Source: a virus
IMG/VR virus record: IMGVR_UViG_3300024255_000004
DNA: 64,000 bases
Strand: one strand, 5' to 3'
Shown: positions 1 through 9,296 of the stretch, piece after piece
Numbering within the stretch: the stretch's first letter is position 1
Layout: every line of letters begins with the position of its first letter
Notes under the pieces: generated by a model
Told to the model about the DNA's origin: nothing
Database searches by the model: none
Seen by the model: the letters and a program-made list of their open reading frames with translations, nothing else
Position numbers and translations under genes: made by a program

Positions 1-2
1 AA

Positions 3-1286
3 TCCGTTCACTATCACAAGTTTTTACCTGACGTATATACAGCAATAGAAAGAGAGGGTAGACAAGTAGGTCAAATGGATTGTAAGACTGCAGATGGTGA
101 ATATGCAGATATAAGAGATTATGTAGAACTTACAGAAGAACAGAAATCAGATATGTGGTCTGAAATCCAAATAAACTCTATGTATTATCATAGTGCAAAA
201 GCACATTGGTTAATTCAGAGTATTCAAGAAGAAGGTTTAAGACACCCAATACAAGGGACTACATATAAAGTTGATAATAGATTTGGTTTTAGAATACACC
301 CAGGCACTATTAGGTCTAAAGTTTTTGAGGAATTGGAAGACCCCAACTTTGAAATATTTGCAACAGATATACATGATATCTTTGATATAACACCTTTAAC
401 TTGTGACGAAGCGTTAGAGTTTTGGAGAAAAAAACTAGAAGATAAAAAAGAACATGTAAGTCACCCTAGTCTATCAATAACTTTCTGTAATGGAAATTTA
501 GAATACAACCATAACTTAATGGAGTTAGGTTTTAGAGAAGAGGTTTATGCACATAGTAAAAAGGCTACACTTCAATCAAAAGGTAAACCCCTTAATATTT
601 ACATAGGATATGATTCTAATCACGGAGACCTACATGAGGTCAACAAAAATTCAATACTACATTCATTGTCTAAAAGTATGGGTCAATACCAAAAAGAACT
701 TCATTGGGAACCCGAAATCAAATTCCTTGACATTTCTAAACTTCCCGACTATAATAGGGAGTATGCAAATCAGTCTACTGAATTTACTTACAGTAGATTC
801 CTAATACCACATTTAGAAAACTATGAAGGATATAGTATCTTTATTGATAATGATTTCATATGGAGAAACAATATTCTACCTTTATTCTATTATCTGAATT
901 TAGATGATGCAGTTGCATGTATTCAGTATAAACAAATAGAACATGATACAACTAAGTTTAATGGTGAGGTCAATATAGATTATCCTAAAAAACTATGGTC
1001 GAGTCTTATGATTTTTAATAATAGTCATGAAGACTGTAAAAAGTTAACACCCGAAGCTGTCAATACATGGACAGGAAAACAACTACACCAATTCGAATGG
1101 ACTGATAAGATTAGTCCGATACCCGAAAAGTATGTATTTACCGAAGGGTATGATAACCCTGATGAAAAATGGGATTACCATGGTATTCACTATACAAGGG
1201 GAGGCCCATGGGTAAAAGACATGGATTATTCCAACATAAATAATCTAGATGATTGGATAAAAGCAAAAAACATCTTGCAAAAATAA
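3..1286 (+). CDS. Glycosyltransferase (GT-A/GT8-like C-terminal domain) with an N-terminal extension; 5' end truncated by the window
   Basis: The frame is open from position 3. C-terminal motifs IYIGYD, STEFTYSRFLIP, DNDF (DxD), WSSLMIFN and HYTRGGPW are typical of phage GT8-like enzymes. Confidence 0.75.
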   Translation, partial: SVHYHKFLPDVYTAIEREGRQVGQMDCKTADGEYADIRDYVELTEEQKSDMWSEIQINSMYYHSAKAHWLIQSIQEEGLRHPIQGTTYKVDNRFGFRIHPGTIRSKVFEELEDPNFEIFATDIHDIFDITPLTCDEALEFWRKKLEDKKEHVSHPSLSITFCNGNLEYNHNLMELGFREEVYAHSKKATLQSKGKPLNIYIGYDSNHGDLHEVNKNSILHSLSKSMGQYQKELHWEPEIKFLDISKLPDYNREYANQSTEFTYSRFLIPHLENYEGYSIFIDNDFIWRNNILPLFYYLNLDDAVACIQYKQIEHDTTKFNGEVNIDYPKKLWSSLMIFNNSHEDCKKLTPEAVNTWTGKQLHQFEWTDKISPIPEKYVFTEGYDNPDEKWDYHGIHYTRGGPWVKDMDYSNINNLDDWIKAKNILQK

Positions 1287-1321
1287 CAATTCTATTATAT
1301 AATGGAGAGAGGAACAAACAA

Positions 1322-1885
1322 ATGAATGCATTAATTTACACAGAAAGCGGAAAACTAATAATTAGAAAACCAAATGGTTTGGAATGGGAATATGAAAATG
1401 TAGACCAACCCGAACTAGGATTTGATTATGAGGTTCTTGTCTATGATGATATTGAAATTAAAATATTAAAATGGAATGACGAAATTAGAGATTTCGAAGG
1501 TCAAGAAAAATCCATACTAACTGATGAAGACAAACGTAGTATTGAATTATACATAGAAAATTCAGAACCACCTTTAGGATATAACTTAAATACACAATAT
1601 GTTAACAGACTAGAACAAACAATTGGTCAATATACTCAAGCGACTTCAGAGTTGTATGGTATGATTGATTTATATTATGCAACATACGCTGGAAGAGAAG
1701 GTTCAAATCACCCTAGACGTGCAGATGCAAGAAGAGTTTTAGAATATTGTGATACTGCATACTCATGTTTTAGTCAGATTGCTCAAGAGATAATGTCCAC
1801 AAGAGAAGATACTCTAAAACAATACGAAGAATACTTATCTGTAATTCCCGAACCACTAGTTCAGCCTGACTCTAGAACAGGTTAA
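1322..1885 (+). CDS. Hypothetical phage protein
   Basis: ATG at 1322 follows GGAGAGAGGA and an upstream TATAAT; no motif recognised. Confidence 0.7.
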   Translation: MNALIYTESGKLIIRKPNGLEWEYENVDQPELGFDYEVLVYDDIEIKILKWNDEIRDFEGQEKSILTDEDKRSIELYIENSEPPLGYNLNTQYVNRLEQTIGQYTQATSELYGMIDLYYATYAGREGSNHPRRADARRVLEYCDTAYSCFSQIAQEIMSTREDTLKQYEEYLSVIPEPLVQPDSRTG

Positions 1886-1888
1886 TGT

Positions 1889-2626
1889 ATGGAACTCATT
1901 TATCATGATGAGTCCTTTAAGTTAAAAGATATAGGATTCCCCCTTAAAGACATTCACATAATTGATAATTGGTTGCCAGTCCAACTACATCATTGGGTCG
2001 ATAAATCAATTGCTAATTCTAACATTTGGGCAAAAAGGAATGAAGTAAGAGGGACAAGTCCTACAGGTTTATCACATCATCAATTTTGGGGTGGAACACT
2101 ACTCTCTGCACTTGAAAGAAGTCCAAAATATACATATCCTAATTTCGCAGGTGATATTGCAGATTACCACAATTCTGCACCCAAACTAGTAGCAAGATTT
2201 TTAGATAAAAAACTACAAACTGATTTTGGTTTTGCATGGGAAAGATTTCAATATATGGGTTTAAACTCTCAGACACAAGGATTACATGGAACAACACACT
2301 CAGATTGTTCAGATGAAGATGAATGGAATCTATCATTTCTATATTACACTAATACGTTTTGGTCAAAACATTGGGGAGGCCCTTTGAGAATATATGACGA
2401 AATGCAACAGGGTTTACATGGAAGGAACGACCATATTAAGAATCACCAAATTGCAGAAATAGAATTTGTTCCAAATAGACTTGTTGTATTTGACGGAAGA
2501 ATACCACATGGTGCAGATGCACCCACACCCGAAGCACGATATATAGATAGGAAGTCAATAGTAATCAGAGGTGATGAAATTAGACTTGTAGAAGATAAGG
2601 AATGGTTTAAACAATGCCCACAATAG
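1889..2626 (+). CDS. 2OG-Fe(II) oxygenase (prolyl-hydroxylase-like)
   Basis: HSD (HxD), WGG, PNRLVVFDGRIPH (distal His) and a downstream RKS. Confidence 0.85.
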   Translation: MELIYHDESFKLKDIGFPLKDIHIIDNWLPVQLHHWVDKSIANSNIWAKRNEVRGTSPTGLSHHQFWGGTLLSALERSPKYTYPNFAGDIADYHNSAPKLVARFLDKKLQTDFGFAWERFQYMGLNSQTQGLHGTTHSDCSDEDEWNLSFLYYTNTFWSKHWGGPLRIYDEMQQGLHGRNDHIKNHQIAEIEFVPNRLVVFDGRIPHGADAPTPEARYIDRKSIVIRGDEIRLVEDKEWFKQCPQ

Positions 2627-3516
2627 AATTCAACACATTTAATGAACAGACTTTAAGAGACACTAAACCTGTATTAGCAAAATCTGTCACACCTGATTGG
2701 TGGAAAAATATGAAGTTCAATGAATATACTCGTGGAATCATGGGAACTACTATACGTGCATGTCCAGCCATGGACGATTGGTTAAAAAGTGGTTGGTATT
2801 TGTGTGCAAATCGAGATATGATTGTAAAAAATGGTCACATAGATGATAATGATGACAGTCAATATGTTAGTTCATCAGAATTTGGAGATGGTTGGGAAAC
2901 TTCTTCTCCTCATCACCCCTCATGGCAGATGGGATATGCATTTCAATATCTTCCTGATGATGAAGCACCCGTAAGGAGTGCATTTAAGTTTAGAAATGCA
3001 TGGAACATAACTACACCGCCTGGATATTCCACTATGTATCTAGACCCATTTTTATTTCAAAATAAATACTTTGCAACATGGCAGGGAATTATTGACACGG
3101 ATAAATTTAATGCAAACTATGACAATGCACAAATTATATTTTATCCACGTGTCAGTCATTCGTTTGTTATAAAGAAAGGAACTCCTTTAGTTCAAGTAAT
3201 ACCATTTAAAAGAGAGGAGTGGAATGCAACTTACCTAGTAAACGGAAGTGGAGACTGGACAAAGAATAGAAGTTATCTAACTGCAAATGAAGGTCGTCAA
3301 AAAACTATGGACGAGTTTTCAAGAGACCCATCAACTTCTAATGAAGCAAGAAGTGAAGAATTTGCATTAGGTGGATATAGAGGTGGGAAACTACATACAG
3401 GTAAGGGTAAAAACTTTAAAGAAGAGAGTCCACCACCCGAGTGTCCTTATCATGTCAGTGAAGACTCACCCGAAATACAACTAGAATTACCTATAGGAGA
3501 TAAAGATGGCGATTAG
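2614..3516 (+). CDS. Conserved marine-phage hypothetical protein (possible dUTPase-like beta fold)
   Basis: CPAMDDWL, KFRNAWNITTPPGYS and KKGTPLVQVIPFKR motifs, as in proteins found beside 2OG oxygenases in marine myoviruses. Confidence 0.6.
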   Translation: MPTIEFNTFNEQTLRDTKPVLAKSVTPDWWKNMKFNEYTRGIMGTTIRACPAMDDWLKSGWYLCANRDMIVKNGHIDDNDDSQYVSSSEFGDGWETSSPHHPSWQMGYAFQYLPDDEAPVRSAFKFRNAWNITTPPGYSTMYLDPFLFQNKYFATWQGIIDTDKFNANYDNAQIIFYPRVSHSFVIKKGTPLVQVIPFKREEWNATYLVNGSGDWTKNRSYLTANEGRQKTMDEFSRDPSTSNEARSEEFALGGYRGGKLHTGKGKNFKEESPPPECPYHVSEDSPEIQLELPIGDKDGD

Positions 3517-4213
3517 ATTACTATTTCCATATGCATGTATTGAAAGAAACCTTTTAGACGAAGGTGTATTAACACAAGATTATATGGATATGTTAGCAAA
3601 TACTATGGATAGTATGAGAAAGAAAGACCCGAAGGGTAGACAAGTCTCTAATCAGTATACTGGTTGGCAGTCTAATGATGGTGTAGAAAGAAATCCAACC
3701 TTCTCTAAAGCAATAAGAACAATTAAGAATACTTTTGATACTGAATTATTGAGTTATACAGGACATAGTCCAACAGAACTTCAATTATCAATAGGTAATG
3801 CATGGGCAAACATTAATGATAATACAGCATGGAATGCACCACACTTACATAATGGTTGTTGGTATAGTGGTGTGTTTTATATAAAAGCAGATGGTGATGA
3901 AGGTAATTTTATGGCTATTGATACAGACTGTAAAGTAGTTTCAGACTTTCCATATTCTCCTAGAGATGCACAGAACTGGAAACTTGCACCAAGAACTGGT
4001 CATTTATTTCTATTTCCAAGTGCATTAATGCATATGGTTGAACCCAATCTTACTCAAAAAGATAGATATAGTATATCATTCAATATGAATATGAATTTCC
4101 TTTCAAACAACTCAAGACATTCTCAGTTGCAAGGGTTCCACCCTGATGAACTTACTTTTCATACTGATGAAAATGGAAAACTAATACAAAACCAAACCAC
4201 TACAGACGAGTAG
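3506..4213 (+). CDS. 2OG-Fe(II) oxygenase (TIGR02466-like)
   Basis: GWQS, WANIN, HLH, SGVFY, LFLFPSALMHMV and RYSISFN. Confidence 0.85.
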   Translation: MAIRLLFPYACIERNLLDEGVLTQDYMDMLANTMDSMRKKDPKGRQVSNQYTGWQSNDGVERNPTFSKAIRTIKNTFDTELLSYTGHSPTELQLSIGNAWANINDNTAWNAPHLHNGCWYSGVFYIKADGDEGNFMAIDTDCKVVSDFPYSPRDAQNWKLAPRTGHLFLFPSALMHMVEPNLTQKDRYSISFNMNMNFLSNNSRHSQLQGFHPDELTFHTDENGKLIQNQTTTDE

Positions 4214-4218
4214 AATAT

Positions 4219-4226
4219 TATAAATA
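4219..4226 (+). promoter_or_regulatory. T4-type late promoter TATAAATA
   Basis: Exact gp55 consensus, 5 nt before ATG 4232. Confidence 0.75.
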
Positions 4227-4231
4227 ATGAT

Positions 4232-4492
4232 ATGGAAATAGTCATATCACCTTATATCTTATGGAATGTCATAATGACAGTTGTTATTCTACCCATAGGT
4301 TTCTTAGTTCGAAATGTTCTATCAGAACAAAAACGAATTGATATTCTAATCAATAAAACAAGAGAAGAGATTGCTAGAGATTATGCTACTAGAGAACAAA
4401 TTGAAGCCGACTTTCAAAGAATTATGGATTCAATTAGTAATATAGATACAAAGATAGATAGACTTCAAAGTAAAACCTATTTCCAAGATTAA
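4232..4492 (+). CDS. Small membrane protein with coiled coil
   Basis: N-terminal hydrophobic helix followed by a heptad-like region. Confidence 0.7.
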   Translation: MEIVISPYILWNVIMTVVILPIGFLVRNVLSEQKRIDILINKTREEIARDYATREQIEADFQRIMDSISNIDTKIDRLQSKTYFQD

Positions 4493-4498
4493 ATTCGT

Positions 4499-4506
4499 TA
4501 TAAATA
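4499..4506 (+). promoter_or_regulatory. T4-type late promoter TATAAATA
   Basis: Consensus upstream of gp13. Confidence 0.75.
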
Positions 4507-4527
4507 GTAGTATAACAGGAAACTACT

Positions 4528-5343
4528 ATGGCAGAACCAAATTCAAAAGCAACCTTTAAAGAGTATATCAAGAGAAAACTTGGAGCTCCAGTTTTAGAAA
4601 TCAATGTGGACGATGACCAATTTGATGACAGAATGGACGAGGCACTTCAATATTTCCGTGAATATCATTACGATGGTTCTATAAAAACATACCTTAAACA
4701 CCAAATTACACAACAAGAGATTGATTCATTTAAAACGAATGAAACTCACAATGCAGCGACAACTGGAACACATGCAATTTCAGGTCAGACGTTTGGTGAA
4801 GGTCAAAACTACATTACACTACCCGAACATGTGTTAAGTGTATTGCAGATATTCCCTTTCAATTCGGGTCAGACTTCAAGTATGTTTGATATTCAATACC
4901 AATTAAGACTCAATGACTTGTATGATTTAACTTCAACCAGTGTTTTATATTATTCACAAGTTCAATCACACTTATCACTCTTAAATGATATCTTAGTGGG
5001 TCAGATACCTATAAGATATAATATGCACTCTAACAGACTCTACATGGACTACAGTGCAAGTAAATTAAGTGCTGGGGAGTATATCATTATTGAATGTTAT
5101 AGAAAATTAGACCCTACAGACATGACTGATATCTATAATGATATGTGGTTGAAAAAATATGCAACTGCATTAGTTAAGTATCAATGGGGTGAAAACCTAT
5201 CCAAGTTCCAAGGTATTGCACTTCCAGGCGGGGTGACACTCGATGGTTCTGCAATGAAACAAGAAGCACAAGAAGAGATTACAAGATTAGAAGAAGAGTC
5301 TAGACTGAACTTTGAAATGCCAGTCATGGACTTAATGGGGTAA
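4528..5343 (+). CDS. gp13: Neck protein gp13
   Basis: RKLGAPVLEINVDDDQ, WLKKYATALVKYQWG and LPGGVTL; T4 synteny. Confidence 0.95.
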   Translation: MAEPNSKATFKEYIKRKLGAPVLEINVDDDQFDDRMDEALQYFREYHYDGSIKTYLKHQITQQEIDSFKTNETHNAATTGTHAISGQTFGEGQNYITLPEHVLSVLQIFPFNSGQTSSMFDIQYQLRLNDLYDLTSTSVLYYSQVQSHLSLLNDILVGQIPIRYNMHSNRLYMDYSASKLSAGEYIIIECYRKLDPTDMTDIYNDMWLKKYATALVKYQWGENLSKFQGIALPGGVTLDGSAMKQEAQEEITRLEEESRLNFEMPVMDLMG

Positions 5344-5346
5344 TAA

Positions 5347-6189
5347 ATGCCTACAAACGTATTTTTTAACCATGCAGTATCGACTGAACAACACCTCTAT
5401 GAGGATTTAGTTGTTGAGTCATTACGAATATATGGTCACGAAACATATTATCTACCAAGAGAAATTGTAGAGGAAGACACTATACTTGGTGAAGACGTGC
5501 AGTCAACATTCGGTGATGCATATTCTGTAGAAATGTATTTAGAAAATTCAGAAGGTTTTGAAGGAGAAGGAGACCTCATGTCTAAGTTTGGTGTCCAAGT
5601 AAGAGACCAAGCAACATTTATCATATCACTCAGAAGTTGGGAAAGATTTATATCATTAGACTCAAACCTTGCAACTTCAATGAGACCTAACGAAGGAGAT
5701 TTACTTTATTTCCCTCTCAGTGGTTCAATGTTTGAAATCAAATTCGTAGAACATGAGAATCCATTCTATCAAGTCGGAAAACTATTTGTATTTAAATTAC
5801 AATGTGAGTTGTTCGAATACAGTGGAGAAGATTTCGATACTGGTTCATATGCAGACTTAATAGAATTAGACCAAGCATATTCAATAGGATTAACAATGAA
5901 TGGGGAGAATGCCTATTCTATTGGTGAGAACATAACTAAGAACGGAGTTGTTGTTGGTGAGGTTCAGACTTCACTGGGTAATGCAACAACAATTATTCAT
6001 AACACTGCAACACTTACAGTTGGAGATACACTTGTTGGTGTAGATTCGGGTGTATCAGATACAATTGCAGCTATCAATGACGTATTGACTATGAGTAATG
6101 ATGGTTCTGCACAAAATAAAGACTTTGAAGACAAAGCAGATAACTACTTAGACTTCTCAGAAACAAACCCATTTGGTGAGGTCACATAA
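5347..6189 (+). CDS. gp14: Neck protein gp14
   Basis: EQHLYEDLVVESL, RPNEGDLLYFP and a C-terminal DFSETNPFG. Confidence 0.95.
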   Translation: MPTNVFFNHAVSTEQHLYEDLVVESLRIYGHETYYLPREIVEEDTILGEDVQSTFGDAYSVEMYLENSEGFEGEGDLMSKFGVQVRDQATFIISLRSWERFISLDSNLATSMRPNEGDLLYFPLSGSMFEIKFVEHENPFYQVGKLFVFKLQCELFEYSGEDFDTGSYADLIELDQAYSIGLTMNGENAYSIGENITKNGVVVGEVQTSLGNATTIIHNTATLTVGDTLVGVDSGVSDTIAAINDVLTMSNDGSAQNKDFEDKADNYLDFSETNPFGEVT

Positions 6190-7226
6190 TGTTTGGGACA
6201 CATTTTTATAATGAGACAATTAAAAGAGCAGTATCAATCTTCGGAACACTGTTTAATAATATCACATTAAAGAAAACAAAAGAAGACGGAACTGTGTTAA
6301 GTATAATAAAGGTTCCAATTTCATACGGCCCAAAACAAAAATTCCTTGCAAGACTACAGGAAGAACCAAATCTTTCAGATAATAATAGAAGTGCAATTTC
6401 TTTACCAAGACTTGCATTCGAACTGAATGGTTTTGAGTATGACCCTACAAGACAACAAAATAAATTGATAAGACATTCTAAATCTGATTTAGATACAGAC
6501 GGAGTGAATCGTTCATATCAATACAACCCAGCACCATACAACTTAACTTTTACACTAAGTGTTCTTGCAAAGAACATGAATGATGCATTACAAATCGTAG
6601 AACAAATTTTACCATATTTTCAACCCGAATATACAGTCACAATGAAAATGATTGACTCTATGACAGATACTAGAGATGTTCCAATTACACTTAATAGTGT
6701 TGCAATGGAAGATACTTATGAGGGTTCCTTTGAAGAAAGAAGAGTTATTGAGTATACCTTAGAGTTTACTATGAAACTATACTTCTTCGGCCCAGTCTAC
6801 ACTGGAAGTGTTATTAAAAGTGTTATTGAAAGAGAATATATCAATACTGGAAATGCAAACTTTACAACTTCAGAAATTGCAGAATCAGGTTTAATCAAAG
6901 AGGTTAAACACTATGAACCTGCCTTTGCAGAAATACCGAATGCAGTGTCTAACTCCACAACAATCACCTTTCCGAGTGCAATAAATACAAAGATAAGTGC
7001 AAATGACGAAATATTTGGAACAGGGAATGCAACCAATCCAACAGTTGTTTCAATTGCAGCTGATAAACTATCAATGGTAGTTTCAGGTGCAGTGACTATA
7101 GAAACAAACACTACACTTAAATTTGTAGGTTCTGTTGACCCAACAGATACATTCGTAGTTGCAGAAACAGTGACATTTTATGATGATGGTGCTAAAGAAA
7201 GTTTTAGTGAAACCAATGACAGTTAA
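6189..7226 (+). CDS. gp15: Tail sheath stabilizer/terminator gp15
   Basis: FGTLFNNI, VPISYGPKQKFL and QIVEQILPYFQP. Confidence 0.95.
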   Translation: MFGTHFYNETIKRAVSIFGTLFNNITLKKTKEDGTVLSIIKVPISYGPKQKFLARLQEEPNLSDNNRSAISLPRLAFELNGFEYDPTRQQNKLIRHSKSDLDTDGVNRSYQYNPAPYNLTFTLSVLAKNMNDALQIVEQILPYFQPEYTVTMKMIDSMTDTRDVPITLNSVAMEDTYEGSFEERRVIEYTLEFTMKLYFFGPVYTGSVIKSVIEREYINTGNANFTTSEIAESGLIKEVKHYEPAFAEIPNAVSNSTTITFPSAINTKISANDEIFGTGNATNPTVVSIAADKLSMVVSGAVTIETNTTLKFVGSVDPTDTFVVAETVTFYDDGAKESFSETNDS

Positions 7227-7228
7227 TT

Positions 7229-7636
7229 ATGACAAAAGAACCAATAGACGATAAGTTAAACTCTCTCTTAGATATCAACACCGATATCAAAAAAGAAACA
7301 CAAGTAGTTAAATTACCGACAAGAGCAGAGAACATGGACACGGACTATAAGTATGCTCGTGAGAACCTCTACAACCTCGTAGAACGTGGTCAAGATGCAA
7401 TAGACGGAATACTTGAGTTGTCTAAAGAAACGGAACACCCACGTGCATATGAGGTCGCAGGACAGTTGATAAAGACTGTAGCGGATACTGCAGAGAAACT
7501 ACTAGACGTTCAGAAAAAAATTAAGGATTTAGAAAAAGAGGACGAACAAAGAATAGGTAAAGTTGAAAATCACCTATATGTTGGTTCTACTTCAGAACTG
7601 CAGAAGTTTTTGAAGAAAGAAAAGAAAGATGGTTAA
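7229..7636 (+). CDS. gp16: Terminase small subunit gp16
   Basis: DYKYARENLY, HPRAYEV and VGSTSELQK. Confidence 0.95.
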   Translation: MTKEPIDDKLNSLLDINTDIKKETQVVKLPTRAENMDTDYKYARENLYNLVERGQDAIDGILELSKETEHPRAYEVAGQLIKTVADTAEKLLDVQKKIKDLEKEDEQRIGKVENHLYVGSTSELQKFLKKEKKDG

Positions 7637-9230
7637 ACCCACAAACGAAGGTTATCTTGGTAATAATCTAATCAAAAGAGCTGGAATCGAAACCCAGTAT
7701 ACCAAAAAACAAATGGAAGAATACTTGAAGTGTTCTGAAAATCCTGCTCATTTTATAGAAAATTACACACAAATCATATCACTAGACGAAGGTATGGTTC
7801 CCTTTACACTTCGTGGATATCAAGAAAACCTAATCAACCATTATAATGACAATCGTTTCAATGTGGTTCTTGCAAGTAGACAGAGTGGTAAATCAATTAC
7901 TTCTTGTGCATATTTGTTGTGGTTTCTATTATTTAAACCCGAAGTCACTGTAGCAGTTCTTGCTAACAAAGGTGCAATTGCAAGAGAAATGATTGCACGT
8001 ATTGTCACCATGTTAGAGTCTGTTCCATTCTTTTTACAGCCAGGAGTCAAGATTCTAAACAAAGGGTCAATAGAATTTGCAAATGATAGTAAAGTCGTTG
8101 CAGCTGCAACTTCTTCAAGTTCAATTCGTGGACTTTCAATCAACCTACTATACTTAGACGAGTTTGCATTCGTAGACGATGCAGAGACATTCTATACTGC
8201 AACATATCCCGTTGTGACCTCGGGTAAAGACTCTAAGGTTATTATTACTTCCACTGCAAATGGTGTAGGTAATATGTTTCATAAGATATATGAATCTGCA
8301 GTTCATAGTCAATCAGAATATAAATCCTTTCTTATCAACTGGTATGACGTGCCAGGCAGAGACGAAGAGTGGAAGAAAGAAACTATTGCAAACACCTCAG
8401 AAGCACAATTCGAACAAGAGTATGGGAACTCATTCTTAGGAACTGGTAATACACTTATTAACTCTAATACACTATTAGGTATGAGAGCGTTAGAACCCGA
8501 CTGGAATAGAGACAACTTATTCCTTTATGAGAAACCATTAGAGGGTCATAGATACGTTTGCACAGTAGACGTATCCAAAGGTAGGGGGTTAGATTACTCT
8601 TCGTTTACAATTATAGACGTGACTACAAGTCCCTTTAAACAAGTATGCACATATAGAGATAACATGATAAGTCCCCTTCTCTTCCCCGATATTATAAATA
8701 AATATGTTAAACATTATAATGAACCAGTCGTTATTATAGAAAATAATGCAGAGGGTGGAATGGTTGCAACACAACTACATTACGAGATAGAATATCCGAA
8801 TGTATTTGTTCAAGGTCAACTAAAAGCCGAAGACATAGGTGTGACCATGTCTAGAAAGATTAAGAGAATCGGTTGTTCTACACTTAAAGAATTATTAGAA
8901 GAAAATAGACTTATTCTGAATGACAGACATACTATTACAGAACTTATGACTTTTGTTCATAAGGGTAATAGTTGGGAAGCAGATAGAGGATATAATGACG
9001 ATATGGTCATGAATTTGGTATTATTCAGTTGGTTTGTGACCACTGCATACTTTGAACATTTAACCGATACACAAGTTAAAGATTTATTGTATTCAGAACA
9101 ACAGAGGTTAATCGAAGACGATTTATTACCAGCTGGTATATTTGACGGGGAGTCTCAGTCAGATACCTTCGTAGATAGTGAAGGAGACCGATGGTTTCAC
9201 AAAAGTATGGATATACCAATTAAATTATAG
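7629..9230 (+). CDS. gp17: Terminase large subunit gp17
   Basis: Walker A SRQSGKS, Walker B YLDEFAF, TSTANG, and nuclease motifs VDVSKG...DYS and NDDMVM. Confidence 0.97.
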   Translation: MVKPTNEGYLGNNLIKRAGIETQYTKKQMEEYLKCSENPAHFIENYTQIISLDEGMVPFTLRGYQENLINHYNDNRFNVVLASRQSGKSITSCAYLLWFLLFKPEVTVAVLANKGAIAREMIARIVTMLESVPFFLQPGVKILNKGSIEFANDSKVVAAATSSSSIRGLSINLLYLDEFAFVDDAETFYTATYPVVTSGKDSKVIITSTANGVGNMFHKIYESAVHSQSEYKSFLINWYDVPGRDEEWKKETIANTSEAQFEQEYGNSFLGTGNTLINSNTLLGMRALEPDWNRDNLFLYEKPLEGHRYVCTVDVSKGRGLDYSSFTIIDVTTSPFKQVCTYRDNMISPLLFPDIINKYVKHYNEPVVIIENNAEGGMVATQLHYEIEYPNVFVQGQLKAEDIGVTMSRKIKRIGCSTLKELLEENRLILNDRHTITELMTFVHKGNSWEADRGYNDDMVMNLVLFSWFVTTAYFEHLTDTQVKDLLYSEQQRLIEDDLLPAGIFDGESQSDTFVDSEGDRWFHKSMDIPIKL

Positions 9231-9249
9231 TTGTTGGGTTTTTAAAAGT

Positions 9250-9257
9250 TATAAATA
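9250..9257 (+). promoter_or_regulatory. T4-type late promoter TATAAATA
   Basis: Consensus upstream of gp18. Confidence 0.8.
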
Positions 9258-9296
9258 AAACAGTAAACAACTTTTTACATTAACAGGAGTAAAAGT

